From contig CAZYQQ010000010.1 of assembly GCA_964650265.1 (NCBI GenBank), positions 1 to 64,000 on the forward strand: a stretch of 64,000 nt of DNA, read 5' to 3'. Below are positions 28,629 through 40,083 of the stretch, piece after piece; within the stretch, counting starts at the first letter, position 1; every line of letters begins with the position of its first letter. Under the pieces are notes generated by a model. It saw nothing but the letters and a program-made list of their open reading frames with translations, was not told the origin of the DNA and ran no database searches. Source of the DNA: an uncultured Planctomycetaceae bacterium (GTDB lineage Bacteria; Planctomycetota; Planctomycetia; Pirellulales; Lacipirellulaceae). A program made the translations under genes and the position numbers.

Positions 28629-30995
28629 TTATTCGCGGGACTTGAGGACCGCGACGAGGTCGAGGTGGTCTAGCTTGCGGCGAACCATCAGGGCCGACGC
28701 GAGCGAGGCGGCGAGGACGACGCTTACCGCCATTCCGTAGGTCGAGGACTCGATAATCAGCGGAAAACGGAACACCTCCTGGTCGAGATAATAAACCAAG
28801 AGGGCGGCAAAGCCAGTGCCGATAGCCATCCCCAGCGGGAGGGCGAGCAGCGTGATGACCCCTAACTCGCCGAGCAGAATGGCCGAAATCTCGCCGCGCG
28901 TGAACCCAATCACCCGCAGCGTCGCCAGTTCGCGGCTCCGCTCCGAAAGGGCGATGCGGGCCCCATTGTAGACGACCCCGATGGAAATGATGACGGCGAA
29001 CGTCAGATTGATCGCCCGCATCACCAGCATGTTCGCGGCGAAGGTGTTCTGGAAACTATCGAGGGCGTCCTGCTGCACGCTCACCCCCGCCAGCGCAGGG
29101 ATCTCCTTGAGCTCGCGATAGACGTGATTGGCCTTGTTGGAATCGATCCGCAAGTAGGCTCCTCCCGCCCGCGGCCCTTCGCGGAGCAGCGAGTTCATCT
29201 CGTCGAGATTCGCGTAGATATTGAGCCCCGCCACATCGTCGATCAGCGAGACCACCGGCATCCGGAGCGTCGGTTGATACCCTTCGAGGACTTCGATCGT
29301 CGCCAGATCGCCAAGCTCGATCCCCATGACCCGGGCGAGCTTGGTCGACAGGATGAGCCCACCCGGGGGAGGCTGCCAACTGGCGCCGTGGCGATCCTTG
29401 AGCCTGAGGAGCGAGACGTCGGCAGGGAGGGCGAGCACATTGACGCGCCGCGACTGATGGCCGGAGCGGATCCGCGAAGGGATGTTGCGGAAGGGCTCGA
29501 CATGTTGGACCCCGTCGATGCTCGCCAGATCGAAGCGGATATCCTGCGACAAGGGCTCGATGGTGGTGACCATGATGTCGTACTGCTGGATCTGGTAGTA
29601 CTGCAGGTCGATTACATAGTCGATCGCATTCCGCATGAAGCTGCCGACAACGACGATCCCCACCGCCATCGCCACGGCGACGATCGAAAAGGTGGTCTTC
29701 ACGCGCTGGCGGCCCACGTGGCGGATCACCATCCGGGCGACGTTGGGAAGCAGGTGCCCCACCCCCAGCCGCTCGAGGATCGTCGGGCCGTAATCGGCGG
29801 GGGGCTCGGGGCGCATCGCCTCGGCGGGGGGCAGCTTCACAGCCCGCCACACGGCCTGCGAGGCACCGAGGATGGCCGCGCACATGGCGACCGCGACCGC
29901 CGTCGCGACGATGTCCCAGTCGAGGCGGATGTAAAGCACCGGGTATTGATAGACGCGGGCGATCATCGTCGTGAAAAGCCGCGCGATGAACGCCCCCCCC
30001 ATCGTGCCGGCCACCGAGCCGACCACCGTGATGAGCAACACGAACTTGAGATAATGGAACCCCACGTTGCGGTTCGTGTAGCCAAAGGCCTTGAGCGCGG
30101 CAATCTGTTCGCGCTGCAGGCTCAGCAGCCGAGTGAGGGTGACATTCAGCAGAAACGCCGCCACCGCCAGGAAAATGGTGGGGGCGACGAGGCCCATCGT
30201 CTTGAGCCCTTCGATATCGCTCTCGAGCAACAGGTGGGAGAGTTGATCCTTGCGGCCGTAGGCGCCGCGGCCACCGTAGGGCTCGAGCAACTTGTCGAGG
30301 CGAAAAATCACCTCCTCCAGGCTGGCTCGGGGCACCAGCTCGATGGCGACGTCGTTGAAGCCCCCTTCCATGTCGAACGCCATCGACAGCGCTTCGTGAT
30401 TCATCCACAGGATGCCAAAGTGTTTCGCATCGGGGACGATGTCCCCCGGCTTGATCTGAAAGACAAACTCGGGCGACAACACGACCCCCACCATCCGCAG
30501 GCTCTTGCGACGACCGTTGATGATGGCCGTGATGTGATCCCCCACCGCAAGCCCGTTGGCCTCGGCGAATTTCTCGCTCGCCAGCACCTCGTCGTCGCGG
30601 CCCGGAGTGAGGAAACGGCCGCGGCGAAGGTAGAGCTTGTTGAGTAGCGGCGGGTGAGTATCGGGGACCGACAGGATCTGCCCGATCGCCGGTTTGTCGA
30701 CACCGGGGATGTCGAGGTTGACCCCTTCGACGATCCGCGTCTCGACATGGGCCACGCCGGGGATTTCAGCGATGCGGGCTTTGAGCGAGTCGGGGGCACG
30801 CTTCACCGAGGCGAAAACCTCGGCAAAACGGTAGCGCTCATAAAAGGCCGCCCGGGTCGACTCGAGCGAGCGGAGCATCGTTTGCGAGTTGACGAAGGTC
30901 GCCACCCCCGAGGCAATCACCAGCGCGATCGCCAGCCCCTGGCCCCACATCGAGCGGAGGTCTCGCAGCAGCTTGCGGTCGAGGGCAGAGGTCAT
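28629..30995 (-). CDS. ABC transporter permease of the FtsX/MacB type (two FtsX domains, DevC-like).
   Basis: 788 aa, duplicated 4-TM FtsX modules with large periplasmic loops. Confidence 0.8.
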   Translation of the reverse strand: MTSALDRKLLRDLRSMWGQGLAIALVIASGVATFVNSQTMLRSLESTRAAFYERYRFAEVFASVKRAPDSLKARIAEIPGVAHVETRIVEGVNLDIPGVDKPAIGQILSVPDTHPPLLNKLYLRRGRFLTPGRDDEVLASEKFAEANGLAVGDHITAIINGRRKSLRMVGVVLSPEFVFQIKPGDIVPDAKHFGILWMNHEALSMAFDMEGGFNDVAIELVPRASLEEVIFRLDKLLEPYGGRGAYGRKDQLSHLLLESDIEGLKTMGLVAPTIFLAVAAFLLNVTLTRLLSLQREQIAALKAFGYTNRNVGFHYLKFVLLITVVGSVAGTMGGAFIARLFTTMIARVYQYPVLYIRLDWDIVATAVAVAMCAAILGASQAVWRAVKLPPAEAMRPEPPADYGPTILERLGVGHLLPNVARMVIRHVGRQRVKTTFSIVAVAMAVGIVVVGSFMRNAIDYVIDLQYYQIQQYDIMVTTIEPLSQDIRFDLASIDGVQHVEPFRNIPSRIRSGHQSRRVNVLALPADVSLLRLKDRHGASWQPPPGGLILSTKLARVMGIELGDLATIEVLEGYQPTLRMPVVSLIDDVAGLNIYANLDEMNSLLREGPRAGGAYLRIDSNKANHVYRELKEIPALAGVSVQQDALDSFQNTFAANMLVMRAINLTFAVIISIGVVYNGARIALSERSRELATLRVIGFTRGEISAILLGELGVITLLALPLGMAIGTGFAALLVYYLDQEVFRFPLIIESSTYGMAVSVVLAASLASALMVRRKLDHLDLVAVLKSRE

Positions 30996-31041
30996 GATCG
31001 AACGGGCGTGGCAGAGCGGGAGGGAACCAAGGATGCGAGTC

Positions 31042-31782
31042 TTACCACGACAGTTCGTCGGCGCGGCGTTTGTGGGAGTTCGATTCGGTGCTTACGATGC
31101 GGCCGTCGGAAACGTGAATCACCCGATCGGCCATTTCGGCGATCACGGCGTTGTGGGTAATGACCACCGCCGTGGTGCCAAGTTCGACATTGATCCGCTG
31201 GATCGCATCGAGCACCAAAATGCCGGTGTGGACGTCGAGCGCCCCGGTCGGCTCGTCGCACAATAGCACGTCGGGCCGCTTGGCCACCGCCCGGGCAATG
31301 GCGACGCGCTGCTGCTCTCCCCCCGAAAGCTGGGCGGGAAAGTGATCCATGCGGTCGGCCAGGTCGACCATCGTCAGGGCCTCGGCGGGGTCCATCGGGT
31401 TGGTGGCGATGTCGGTAATCAGGGCGACATTTTCGCGGGCGGTGAGGCTGGGAATGAGATTATAGAACTGAAAGACGAAGCCGACGTGGCGGCGGCGATA
31501 GAGCGTGAGCGCCGTGTCGTCGAAGTCGGTGAGGGTCCGGCCCCGGTAGCGGATGGTCCCCGAGGTGGGGACATCGAGCCCCCCCAGGATATTGAGCAGG
31601 GTGCTCTTCCCACTCCCCGAGGCCCCCAGCAACACGACGAACTCGCCCGCATAGAGCGACAGGTCGACACCCCGCAGGGCATGCACGTCGACCTCCCCCA
31701 TGTGGTAGACCTTGGTGATGTTGCGGGCTTCGAAGACCAGTTCGGCGTCGATTTCAGGGGGAGGCGCGGAAGTGGGGGGCAT
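31042..31782 (-). CDS. ABC transporter ATP-binding protein (MacB/LolD-like).
   Basis: Walker [10 protein letters not shown], signature [14 protein letters not shown], Walker [12 protein letters not shown]. Confidence 0.9.
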   Translation of the reverse strand: MPPTSAPPPEIDAELVFEARNITKVYHMGEVDVHALRGVDLSLYAGEFVVLLGASGSGKSTLLNILGGLDVPTSGTIRYRGRTLTDFDDTALTLYRRRHVGFVFQFYNLIPSLTARENVALITDIATNPMDPAEALTMVDLADRMDHFPAQLSGGEQQRVAIARAVAKRPDVLLCDEPTGALDVHTGILVLDAIQRINVELGTTAVVITHNAVIAEMADRVIHVSDGRIVSTESNSHKRRADELSW

Positions 31783-31925
31783 TTGTTCATTTTAGTGCGG
31801 GTGGCCGGGTGGCGGCGAGGCTCGGAGCCTTCGACTTGGGAGCATAGTCGGGGTAGAACGAAAGGGAGAGGGGAGCATCGAATCCAAGCAACCCGTCCAC
31901 GCGGCCATTTTCGAGAGTATCCATC

Positions 31926-33665
31926 ATGCCCACCGCCAGCATTCGCGTCCCGATATTCCTGGTGGCGCTCCTCGGTCTCTCGGCCCCGGCGTTGGGAGGG
32001 GGTGGGTCGGAAAACGTGCTCTTGGTGGTCAATCAGAATAGTCACGACTCGCTGACGATCGCCAACCATTACGTGAAATTCCGTAAAATTCCCCCCACGA
32101 ATGTCGTCACTCTCGACTGGCGGGGGAGCGACTCGCAATGCACGGGGGAGGAATTCCGCGAGCAGATTCTCAAACCGGTGCTCAAGCAGCTCGCCGAGCG
32201 GCGAATCGCGCTGCAGATTGACTACATCGTTTACTCCGCCGGCTTCCCCTGGCGGATCGATCTTCGCGAGGACCTCAAGGAACAGGACCTGGTGAAGCAG
32301 TTCTCCCCCTACGCCAGCCTCACCGGGGCGACCTATCTGTGGCCCTATCTCTTGCAAAAGAATCCGGCGGTCGTCCTCCCCGAGGTCAACTTCTATGTCC
32401 CCCCCCCTGCCCGGGTCAATGTGGCCCGCTGCCAGCAGCTCGACGGTGTCGAGTCGCGGGCCTTTCGCTCGCGGTATGCTTGGAACCAGACCCGCGAGCA
32501 GACCGACGACGCGACCAAGGGGCAACGTTACTTTATTTCGAGCGTGCTGGGAGTGACCGTCGAGCGCGGGAATACAGTGGAGGAACTCATTCAAATGCTC
32601 CATGTCGCGTCGGAAGTCGACGGGCGACGGCCGGATGGGACCTTTTACTTGATGCGCGCGGCGCGCAACCCACGGACGACCCCGCGTCAAGATTGCTTCG
32701 AGACGGTGGCGGCCCAGATGCGGGCCGAAGGGGCGAAGGTGGAGATCGTCGATGGAGATCTTCCCAATGGGGCGACAGTGCAAGGCCTGATGGCCGGCAT
32801 TGGCAAATTCGACTTGGTGGCGCGGAATATCAAGGTGGCGCGTGGCGCCTTCTGCGACGACCTCACCAGCTATGGGGGCGAGTTCAGCAACCAGCATCAA
32901 ACCAAGCTCTCGGCCTTTCTGCGTGCGGGGGCGGCCGGGGCGAGCGGCACCGTGATCGAGCCATACAATATTCAGGCCAAGTTCCCCCTCCCCTCGCTCC
33001 ACCTCCACTACTATCGGGGCTGCTCGCTGGGAGAAGCCTTTTATCAATCGGTGCAGGGCCCCTATCAAATCCTGCTCGCCGGCGACCCCCTCACTCAGCC
33101 GTGGGCCAGGCCCCCCACGGTCGAGATCGAGGGCTTCAAGCCGGGGAGCCAGCTTACGGGAACCACCCTGGTCCGCGCCCAGGTGACACCCGCCCCAGGG
33201 ACCGAGCGAGGGCTGTGCGAACTCTACATCGACGGGCGGCTGGTGGTCCCCAAGCCCTTCCCCACGTCGCTACCGATCCCGCTCGACACGAGTCAGTTGC
33301 CTCCCGGCTACCACGAAATGCGTCTGGTCGCCGCGTCGGGAGACGAACTGGAGATGCAGGGGCGCAAAATCGCCGACTTTTGGGTAGGAGACGAGGCCTC
33401 CCGGGTCACCATCGCCATCGAGCCCAAACCAATTGTCCCCAAGGGGGACAAGCTCAAGGTGACCGTCAAGGCTCCCGAGGGGGTCAGCGGTGTCGACATC
33501 CTGCACTACCGCCGCGTGGTGGGGCATGTCGAAGGCCACCAGGGATCGATCATGCTCGATCCGCGGGATGTGGGGAGTGGCCCAGTCGGGCTGTCGGCCG
33601 AAACGACCCTGCCAGGGCAAACCGCGGCGAGCAGTTCGCAGATCTTCTGGGTGATCGTGGAGTAG
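31926..33665 (+). CDS. Secreted hypothetical protein (579 aa), transcribed divergently from the ABC exporter.
   Basis: Signal peptide IRVPIFLVALLGLSAPALG. No catalytic motif recognised. Confidence 0.55.
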   Translation: MPTASIRVPIFLVALLGLSAPALGGGGSENVLLVVNQNSHDSLTIANHYVKFRKIPPTNVVTLDWRGSDSQCTGEEFREQILKPVLKQLAERRIALQIDYIVYSAGFPWRIDLREDLKEQDLVKQFSPYASLTGATYLWPYLLQKNPAVVLPEVNFYVPPPARVNVARCQQLDGVESRAFRSRYAWNQTREQTDDATKGQRYFISSVLGVTVERGNTVEELIQMLHVASEVDGRRPDGTFYLMRAARNPRTTPRQDCFETVAAQMRAEGAKVEIVDGDLPNGATVQGLMAGIGKFDLVARNIKVARGAFCDDLTSYGGEFSNQHQTKLSAFLRAGAAGASGTVIEPYNIQAKFPLPSLHLHYYRGCSLGEAFYQSVQGPYQILLAGDPLTQPWARPPTVEIEGFKPGSQLTGTTLVRAQVTPAPGTERGLCELYIDGRLVVPKPFPTSLPIPLDTSQLPPGYHEMRLVAASGDELEMQGRKIADFWVGDEASRVTIAIEPKPIVPKGDKLKVTVKAPEGVSGVDILHYRRVVGHVEGHQGSIMLDPRDVGSGPVGLSAETTLPGQTAASSSQIFWVIVE

Positions 33666-34194
33666 TGGGGGCGAACCGGCCCCTTGTGGACCACCGCAGA
33701 CGAGGGACTCGGCCAACCAGCGAGACACCTACAATCGGCATATCTAGTGGTGAGGGACCGATTTGTGCGACCCGCTGTCACAATTCCCCCAAATTGCCGA
33801 ACATCTCGCGTGGTAGATTCGTAAGAACCAATCGCTGGCGAAATGGCGAACGGAGCCGTGGCCCGTGGCGCCGGGGAGTGCGAAGGAACCCCTTCGTTGA
33901 CACTCATGTCGGCACGGATACCATGAAAGGATTGAGGTCTGCGGGAAACTTGGGGCGACTCGTGGCAAGGTTCCCCCAACCGCCTCCAACTGGCGCCCAG
34001 GCATCGGAATCGCGAGGTACGAATCGAATTTGGGCGGACCTTGGACCGATCCCGAAATTCCCAGGGGCTGCAACCTGTTGTGACAACTCCTCGGCAGCCC
34101 CTTTTCGTGCGGCGGCAAGCGAACCACAAGCGGCATAACTAATCGGTTCTCAACCAGGCCCCCCACTTCTTGCGGGGGCACCAGGAACTACGCA

Positions 34195-37100
34195 ATGCAA
34201 CGTTATCGCGTCAACTACAAGCTCTTTGCTGGTTTGATCGTGGGGGTGATCGTGGCCGCCGGAGCCGTCTATGCGGCGCGGCAGGTGAACAACGCTCGCA
34301 ATGCCGACGACTTGCTGGCACGGGCCAACGACCTGGAGAAGAAGGGGGATCTGGCCGAGGCAACCAGGAACCTGGAGAACTACCTCGCGTTTCGCAAGGA
34401 CGACGTCGATTCGCAGATTCGCTTGGGGCAAAGCTACATCAAGCTCGCTCGGGAAAATGTGATAGCGGGGGAACCAGGAAACGCGATGGCCTACCGCAAG
34501 CGGGCCTCGACCCTGCTTGCGAAATACAGCGAACATCAGGAACTGCGACGCGATCTGGTCGATCTCGATCTGAAGCAGGGATTCTTCCAGTACGAAGAAT
34601 TCAACAAGGAGACGGCGGCCCACATCGGCATCCTGCTCGAATCCAATCGCGACGATGCCGAGTTGATTGAAGGCTTGGCATTTTGTTACGTGTTCCAAAA
34701 ACAGCCCGAAAAGTCCGCCGCCGAGCTTAATAAGCTCGTCGGTTACGACCCCAAATCGCAAACGTTCGACCTCGAACAGGCGATCGCCCCCAATCGGCTC
34801 GAAGCTTATCAGATTTACAGCCAGGTCGCCTTTCTTCCTCAAGGGGCGCAGATTCCGAGCCTCAACGACTTCCGCCTGGCACGGGCGATGGTCGATCAAA
34901 TGGTGGCGGCCAATCCCGACAAGGCCGAGGCCTATCTCCATCGCGGGATCTGGTACTCTCGCTACGACCAAGGGGCTGGCTCGCGCTACGATTTCGAATC
35001 GCTTGCCCGGCAGGACCTGCTGAAGGCGGTGGAACTCGACCCCGAAAGTGCTTTCGCCATTCATGCCGTGGCCTCGCACTTCATCAAACTGGCCCGCAAC
35101 GACCTGATGGAGGCCGACAAGGCGCGAGACAGCGGCAACGCGGCCGCTTACGAGGAACACAAGGCGAAGAGCGAGGAGCTGTTGAATACGGCCCGCGACT
35201 ACTACGAGCAGGGGCTGAAGGTCGATCCGACCCATGCCGAGTTCTACGTCCACCTGGCGAATCTCGAACGCCTCCGCAACGACAAGACAAAATCCGACGA
35301 GATCATCAATCAGGGACTGAGGAAACTGGAAGGGAAAGGCAAGACTCGCGTCATGCTTTCGCAGGCCGACTATTTTGTGCAGGACAACAAATTCGAGGAA
35401 GCCCGCAAGCTGATCGAACAGCTCAAAAACTCGCTCCCCCCCAGACATCCCTATCTGGCAAGTCTCCAGGGGAAATACAGTATCCAGAAGGGCGATTTCA
35501 AGACAGCACGCGACATTTTCAAGGAATTGGTGCCCCGCGTCGGGACGGACAAAGACCTCAAGGTCGATGCCCTGAATGCCCTCGGCCTCTGCCATCAGAG
35601 ATTGGCGGAACCCGAACTCGCCCGCAAGTGCTACGAGCAGGTCATCGCGATAGACCCCGAGAATGGCATTGCCCGAGGGAACCTGGCCCGATTGATCATC
35701 CGGCCGGCAGTGGCGAGCAAACAGCCCGGCCCCAGCGATCCGAATGCCGACGTGAATTCGCGGAACTTCATCGATCTCATGACAAAAGAGGCGGCGAAGC
35801 CCGAAGGCGAGCAGAATTGGGCTCCGATTGAAAAATTCCTCAAGAGTCGCGCCGAAATCGAGAAGTTCTCTCCCACCCGCGAGAAGATGGCGATGGCGGA
35901 GTACTACCGATTCCGCAAGATGTACGACCAGTCGGAGCGGCTGCTCTCCGAGGCGCTCAAGGCGGCGAACCCCGACCCGGAATCGAGCGAGCAGACCGAC
36001 GTGCTGTTGGCCGCCGTCAATCTGGCCGCCGTCAATCCCAAGCGCGGCCCCGACGCGGCGCTAAAAATGATGGACGATCTGATCGCCCGATTTGGCGACA
36101 ATCCGATGTTCAAGATTCAGCGCGTCCGTCTGCTGGGGGCGCGGAACGACGAGCGGATGGTCGAAGACGTGCTGGCTCTCACCAAGGAAACCGAAGGTTG
36201 GGACAAGCGGCACGTCGATACCCTGTGGGCGATTATCGCCACCATGTTCGAACAGACACGACATCCCGAGGAGGCGGAGCTCGCGCTCAAGGAGGTGGCC
36301 AGGCTCCGCGAGGGGGACCTGCCGATTCGCATTCGGCTCTTCAAGTCGGCGCTCGCCCGTAATGACAACGAGGGAATGCAGGCCGCCCAGGAAGAGATTC
36401 TCGAGATCGTGGGGAGCAAGAAAGACACCAACTGGGCCTACACCGAAGCGGCACGGCTCTTTGCCACCGGCAACAGCAACGACACCGAGCGGCAAGAGGA
36501 AGTCAGCCGTCTGCTCTCCGCCATCATTCGCGAGCGCGAGGATTGGCACGAGCCCTATCTGCTGCGGGCCAAACTGAAGCTCACCAAGGGGGATGCTGCC
36601 GGCTCGCTGGCGGACTTCGAAAAAGGCCTCTCTCTTGGCCAAGGGAACCTGGTCGATTACCGGGCCTACAGCCAACTGCTGATCGCCCAAAATCGTTGGG
36701 CCGACGTGGTGGCTCTCGTCGAGCCCCTTGGCCTCGACTCGCGGATCTTCGTGCTCGGCGAAAACTACGCGAAGGGGTTGTTTCTCAACGAACGGTTCAC
36801 CGACGCGATGGAAGCGGCCGAGCGCACCATTGCCTTGGCAACCCCAGCGCCGGCCGAGTTGCAGGTTTGGTATGCCCAGTTCCTCGACAGCATCATCGCC
36901 GTACCGATCGAAAAAATCCCCGCCGACGAACGAGCGCGGTTCGCCGACATGCAGAAAGACTGCCGCGCGAAACAGAGCGTGGCCATCGACGAGGCGATCA
37001 AACTGCGCCCCGACTCCCCTAACGTGTGGCTTTTCAAAGTGCGTCATCGCCTGCTGACCAACCAGTCCGACGAAGCGATTGCGACCGCGCAAGCAGCCCA

Positions 37101-38730
37101 ACTGCTGGTCGAAGAGGATGTCGAACCGCTCCTGATGGCCGAGTGTTATACCGTCCTAGGCCGCTGGTTCGACGCCGAGAACGTCTATCTCGGCATCTTC
37201 TCGCAGAACCCCGACAACACGACGGTGGCGCGGCAACTGGGAGACTTCTATCTCAGCCAGATATATTCTCGCCCCGACAAGATCGAAAAGGCGACCCGCC
37301 TGATTAACATGATTCTCGAAAAATCGGCCAAGAAGGACGATTCCGTCCCCGAAGCCGATGCCCAGTGGGCCCGCCGTGCCGCCGCCCGGGTGCTGGCCGC
37401 CAAGCGCGATTACCAGAGCCTGCGCGACGCCGAGAAGCTGCTCGCCTCCAACAGCAAGGATGGAGTGCTGCCGGTGGCCGACAAGCTGGAGATGGCCTCG
37501 ATTCTGGCTCCCCGTCCCGAGCAGGTTTCGAAGCTCAAGGCGATTCAACTGCTCGAAGAGATTCAAGGACAAATCACGCTCAACACGCAGCAGGACCTGA
37601 TCCTTGCGCAGCTCTACTTCCAAACCGACAATTGGCGCAACGCGCGGGCTCTGATGGAGCGGCTCACGGCGCAACATCCGAAGTCGCCCGAAGTTCGTGC
37701 GGTCTATGTCAATATGCTGCTCACGCGCAACCAAGCGGCCGAGCGCCAGACGCTCGAAACGCAGTTGCGACAGCTTCGCACGATCGATCCCACCTCGCTC
37801 ACCACACTCGAGCTGACGGCCAAGGTGGCCGACCGGCAAGGGAAAGGAAAAGAGGCCCGCGATTCGCTCCGCAAGCTCGTACCGCAGGATTTCAGCAAGC
37901 TCGACGCCAATGCCACGGTCTTGGTGGTGAAGATCGCCGAGTTGCTCAGCCAACTGGGCGACTTCGAGGGGGCCGAAGTGATCTACACGCGCCTGGCCAA
38001 CCGCGAAGGGGCCCGCTCCGAGCAGAAGGGGGTACTCGCCCAATTTGTGGGGACCTATCGCGATCCGGCCGCTGGTTTCGAGATGCTCGAGAATCTGCAA
38101 CACGACATCCCTCCCGTGCAGCTCATCGAAGCGGCGAGCCGGATCGTCGCCGCGCATCGCGAGACGATTGGCGAGGGGTACGACGAGCGCGTCGAGCGGT
38201 GGTTGAGCCGTGCGCTCCGCGAGGATCCCGAGTCGTATCAACTCGCCCTCAAGAAGGCCAGCTTCCGCGAACTTCAAGGAAAGTACGACGAAACCGCCGC
38301 CATCTACCGCGAAGTGCTCAAGCGCGACGACGTCGCTCCGAGCCATCGGGCGATGGTCCTCAATAACCTCGGCTACATGATCGGTCTCGGGATTGTCGAG
38401 GCGACCAGGTCGAACGAGGCGGTGGAGCTCATCAACGAGGCAGTCCGTCTGCTCGGCCCGGGGTCCGACATCCTCGACACGAGGGCGGTCATCTACATGA
38501 AGCGGCAAGATTTCAAATCGGCCGTCGAAGATCTCAAACTGGCCGTGATCGACGCCCCCACCGACTCGAAGTATTTCCATCTCGCCTTGGCCCATCTGGG
38601 GCTGGGGCAGAACGCCGAAGCCAAGGCCGCCTGGGAACAAGCGGTCAGTCTCGGGCTGACGCGCGATTCGATCGGCAAGTTCGAGCAGGAGGAATACGAC
38701 CGCGCCGAGGCCAAAATCAAGGCAAACTGA
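34195..38730 (+). CDS. Giant membrane-anchored TPR-repeat protein (1511 aa).
   Basis: N-terminal TM (LFAGLIVGVIVAAGAVYAA) followed by many TPR-like helical pairs (AEAYLHRGIWYSR.., ALNALGLCHQRL..). Confidence 0.75.
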   Translation: MQRYRVNYKLFAGLIVGVIVAAGAVYAARQVNNARNADDLLARANDLEKKGDLAEATRNLENYLAFRKDDVDSQIRLGQSYIKLARENVIAGEPGNAMAYRKRASTLLAKYSEHQELRRDLVDLDLKQGFFQYEEFNKETAAHIGILLESNRDDAELIEGLAFCYVFQKQPEKSAAELNKLVGYDPKSQTFDLEQAIAPNRLEAYQIYSQVAFLPQGAQIPSLNDFRLARAMVDQMVAANPDKAEAYLHRGIWYSRYDQGAGSRYDFESLARQDLLKAVELDPESAFAIHAVASHFIKLARNDLMEADKARDSGNAAAYEEHKAKSEELLNTARDYYEQGLKVDPTHAEFYVHLANLERLRNDKTKSDEIINQGLRKLEGKGKTRVMLSQADYFVQDNKFEEARKLIEQLKNSLPPRHPYLASLQGKYSIQKGDFKTARDIFKELVPRVGTDKDLKVDALNALGLCHQRLAEPELARKCYEQVIAIDPENGIARGNLARLIIRPAVASKQPGPSDPNADVNSRNFIDLMTKEAAKPEGEQNWAPIEKFLKSRAEIEKFSPTREKMAMAEYYRFRKMYDQSERLLSEALKAANPDPESSEQTDVLLAAVNLAAVNPKRGPDAALKMMDDLIARFGDNPMFKIQRVRLLGARNDERMVEDVLALTKETEGWDKRHVDTLWAIIATMFEQTRHPEEAELALKEVARLREGDLPIRIRLFKSALARNDNEGMQAAQEEILEIVGSKKDTNWAYTEAARLFATGNSNDTERQEEVSRLLSAIIREREDWHEPYLLRAKLKLTKGDAAGSLADFEKGLSLGQGNLVDYRAYSQLLIAQNRWADVVALVEPLGLDSRIFVLGENYAKGLFLNERFTDAMEAAERTIALATPAPAELQVWYAQFLDSIIAVPIEKIPADERARFADMQKDCRAKQSVAIDEAIKLRPDSPNVWLFKVRHRLLTNQSDEAIATAQAAQLLVEEDVEPLLMAECYTVLGRWFDAENVYLGIFSQNPDNTTVARQLGDFYLSQIYSRPDKIEKATRLINMILEKSAKKDDSVPEADAQWARRAAARVLAAKRDYQSLRDAEKLLASNSKDGVLPVADKLEMASILAPRPEQVSKLKAIQLLEEIQGQITLNTQQDLILAQLYFQTDNWRNARALMERLTAQHPKSPEVRAVYVNMLLTRNQAAERQTLETQLRQLRTIDPTSLTTLELTAKVADRQGKGKEARDSLRKLVPQDFSKLDANATVLVVKIAELLSQLGDFEGAEVIYTRLANREGARSEQKGVLAQFVGTYRDPAAGFEMLENLQHDIPPVQLIEAASRIVAAHRETIGEGYDERVERWLSRALREDPESYQLALKKASFRELQGKYDETAAIYREVLKRDDVAPSHRAMVLNNLGYMIGLGIVEATRSNEAVELINEAVRLLGPGSDILDTRAVIYMKRQDFKSAVEDLKLAVIDAPTDSKYFHLALAHLGLGQNAEAKAAWEQAVSLGLTRDSIGKFEQEEYDRAEAKIKAN

Positions 38731-38889
38731 GCCAGTTGGTCCCTGCTGGACGCAAATCGATCGCGGGGAATCCCGGGGTGGATTACGTTGTCGCGCCGGG
38801 GTGGCTCGATTACGATGGATGGGGGTCGCGGCGTAAGTTGCCCGGCCTCCAATCAAGAACCCCCGCGTTCACGTCCCGAGGCGCCTCGC

Positions 38890-40083
38890 ATGCCTAAGCT
38901 TTTTGCCGTTCACCTGGTAGTCGTTGCCCTGTGGGCCTGCACGTCGGTCACGGTGGCCCAAGAGAGGCCCAGGGACCCCTATTTGGCTGGCGTGAGCGCC
39001 TACAATGCGGGCGATCACGAGACGGCCGCCGAGCAGCTCACCACCGCCATCGAGGAGTCGCCCCAAGATCCTCGGGGTTACTACTTCCGCGGGTTGGCAA
39101 AGCTGGCCCTTGGCGAGCGCGCCGAGGGGACCGACGACTTGCGCCAGGCGGCGACGCTCGAGTTGGCCGGAGGCTGGGCCTATGCGTCCATCGACCGCGC
39201 GCTGGCGACAGTCCAGGGACCGGCCCGTACGACTGTCGAGCAGGTCCGTCGCGAGGTGCGACTGGCCGCCGAAAGAATCGCACGGTCCGAGCCTGCCCGG
39301 CAGCGCCGGGCCGCGTGGGAAGCCGAGGAAAAAAAGGTGCTGCGGACGCGCACCGAATTGCCGATCGAAGCGCTGGTCAACCAGCTTACCCCCGATCAAG
39401 CGCTGGCCGCGGCCAGCAAGTCGCAAGGGGCTGTTGAAGAGTTTGTCGCTTCAGCCGAGGAGCCGGCGGCAGTCGTCGCCGGAAGCACGGCGGAGGCGAA
39501 TCCCTTTGCCGACGAACCGAACCCGTTTGACCAGGATCCCGCCGCCGAGATGCCCGAGCCCGGCCCAGTGGTGGTGACCCAGCCCGACGACTCCCCCTTC
39601 ACGGATGATCCGTTCTTGCAACCAGGACCATCGTTGCCGCGTGCGAATCCCCCCGCGGGGGCAGCCCCCGGAGCCGGACCAAAGCCCGAGGATCTGGTAG
39701 CAGGGGCCGCCAGAAGCTACGGGGCTTTTCAGGGACAAGGAGGATTCTTGAAGTCGTTTCTCGATGGCATAACTGGCAGGCCACCATCCCTACCTGGTGC
39801 TGGTGATGGCTTTGGTCCTCCCAATGCTGGTGGCTTCGGCCCACCAGGTGGCGGTTTTGCGGAAGACCCCGCTGGTGGTTTCCCCCCGCCCGCGGACGAC
39901 GCCTTTCCCTTTGGTGAGGATCCTGGAATGGAGGAACCTGGGATGAACGAAGAGGAGCCCAGTCCCTTCGACTCCCCCGAAGCCGAGGGGGACGAGGCGA
40001 GCCCGTTCGACGCGGCCCCCGAGGACGAGGATCCGATGATGGAGGGTGGGGCGGACGCGAGTCCCTTCGACGCCCCCAACTGA
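38890..40083 (+). CDS. Secreted TPR-like protein with a long acidic, Pro/Gly-rich disordered tail.
   Basis: Signal peptide MPKLFAVHLVVVALWACTSVTVAQ. TPR-like helices. The C-terminal roughly 200 aa are low complexity (GFGPP, PFD repeats). Confidence 0.55.
   Translation: MPKLFAVHLVVVALWACTSVTVAQERPRDPYLAGVSAYNAGDHETAAEQLTTAIEESPQDPRGYYFRGLAKLALGERAEGTDDLRQAATLELAGGWAYASIDRALATVQGPARTTVEQVRREVRLAAERIARSEPARQRRAAWEAEEKKVLRTRTELPIEALVNQLTPDQALAAASKSQGAVEEFVASAEEPAAVVAGSTAEANPFADEPNPFDQDPAAEMPEPGPVVVTQPDDSPFTDDPFLQPGPSLPRANPPAGAAPGAGPKPEDLVAGAARSYGAFQGQGGFLKSFLDGITGRPPSLPGAGDGFGPPNAGGFGPPGGGFAEDPAGGFPPPADDAFPFGEDPGMEEPGMNEEEPSPFDSPEAEGDEASPFDAAPEDEDPMMEGGADASPFDAPN

Noticed and set aside
27272-30647. 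Several plus-strand ORFs (457, 507 aa) across the HlyD and permease genes.
   Set aside because: Antisense to the ABC exporter genes. Low-complexity translations.
36061-38856. 346-aa and 566-aa minus-strand ORFs inside the giant TPR gene.
   Set aside because: Antisense shadows of the TPR gene.
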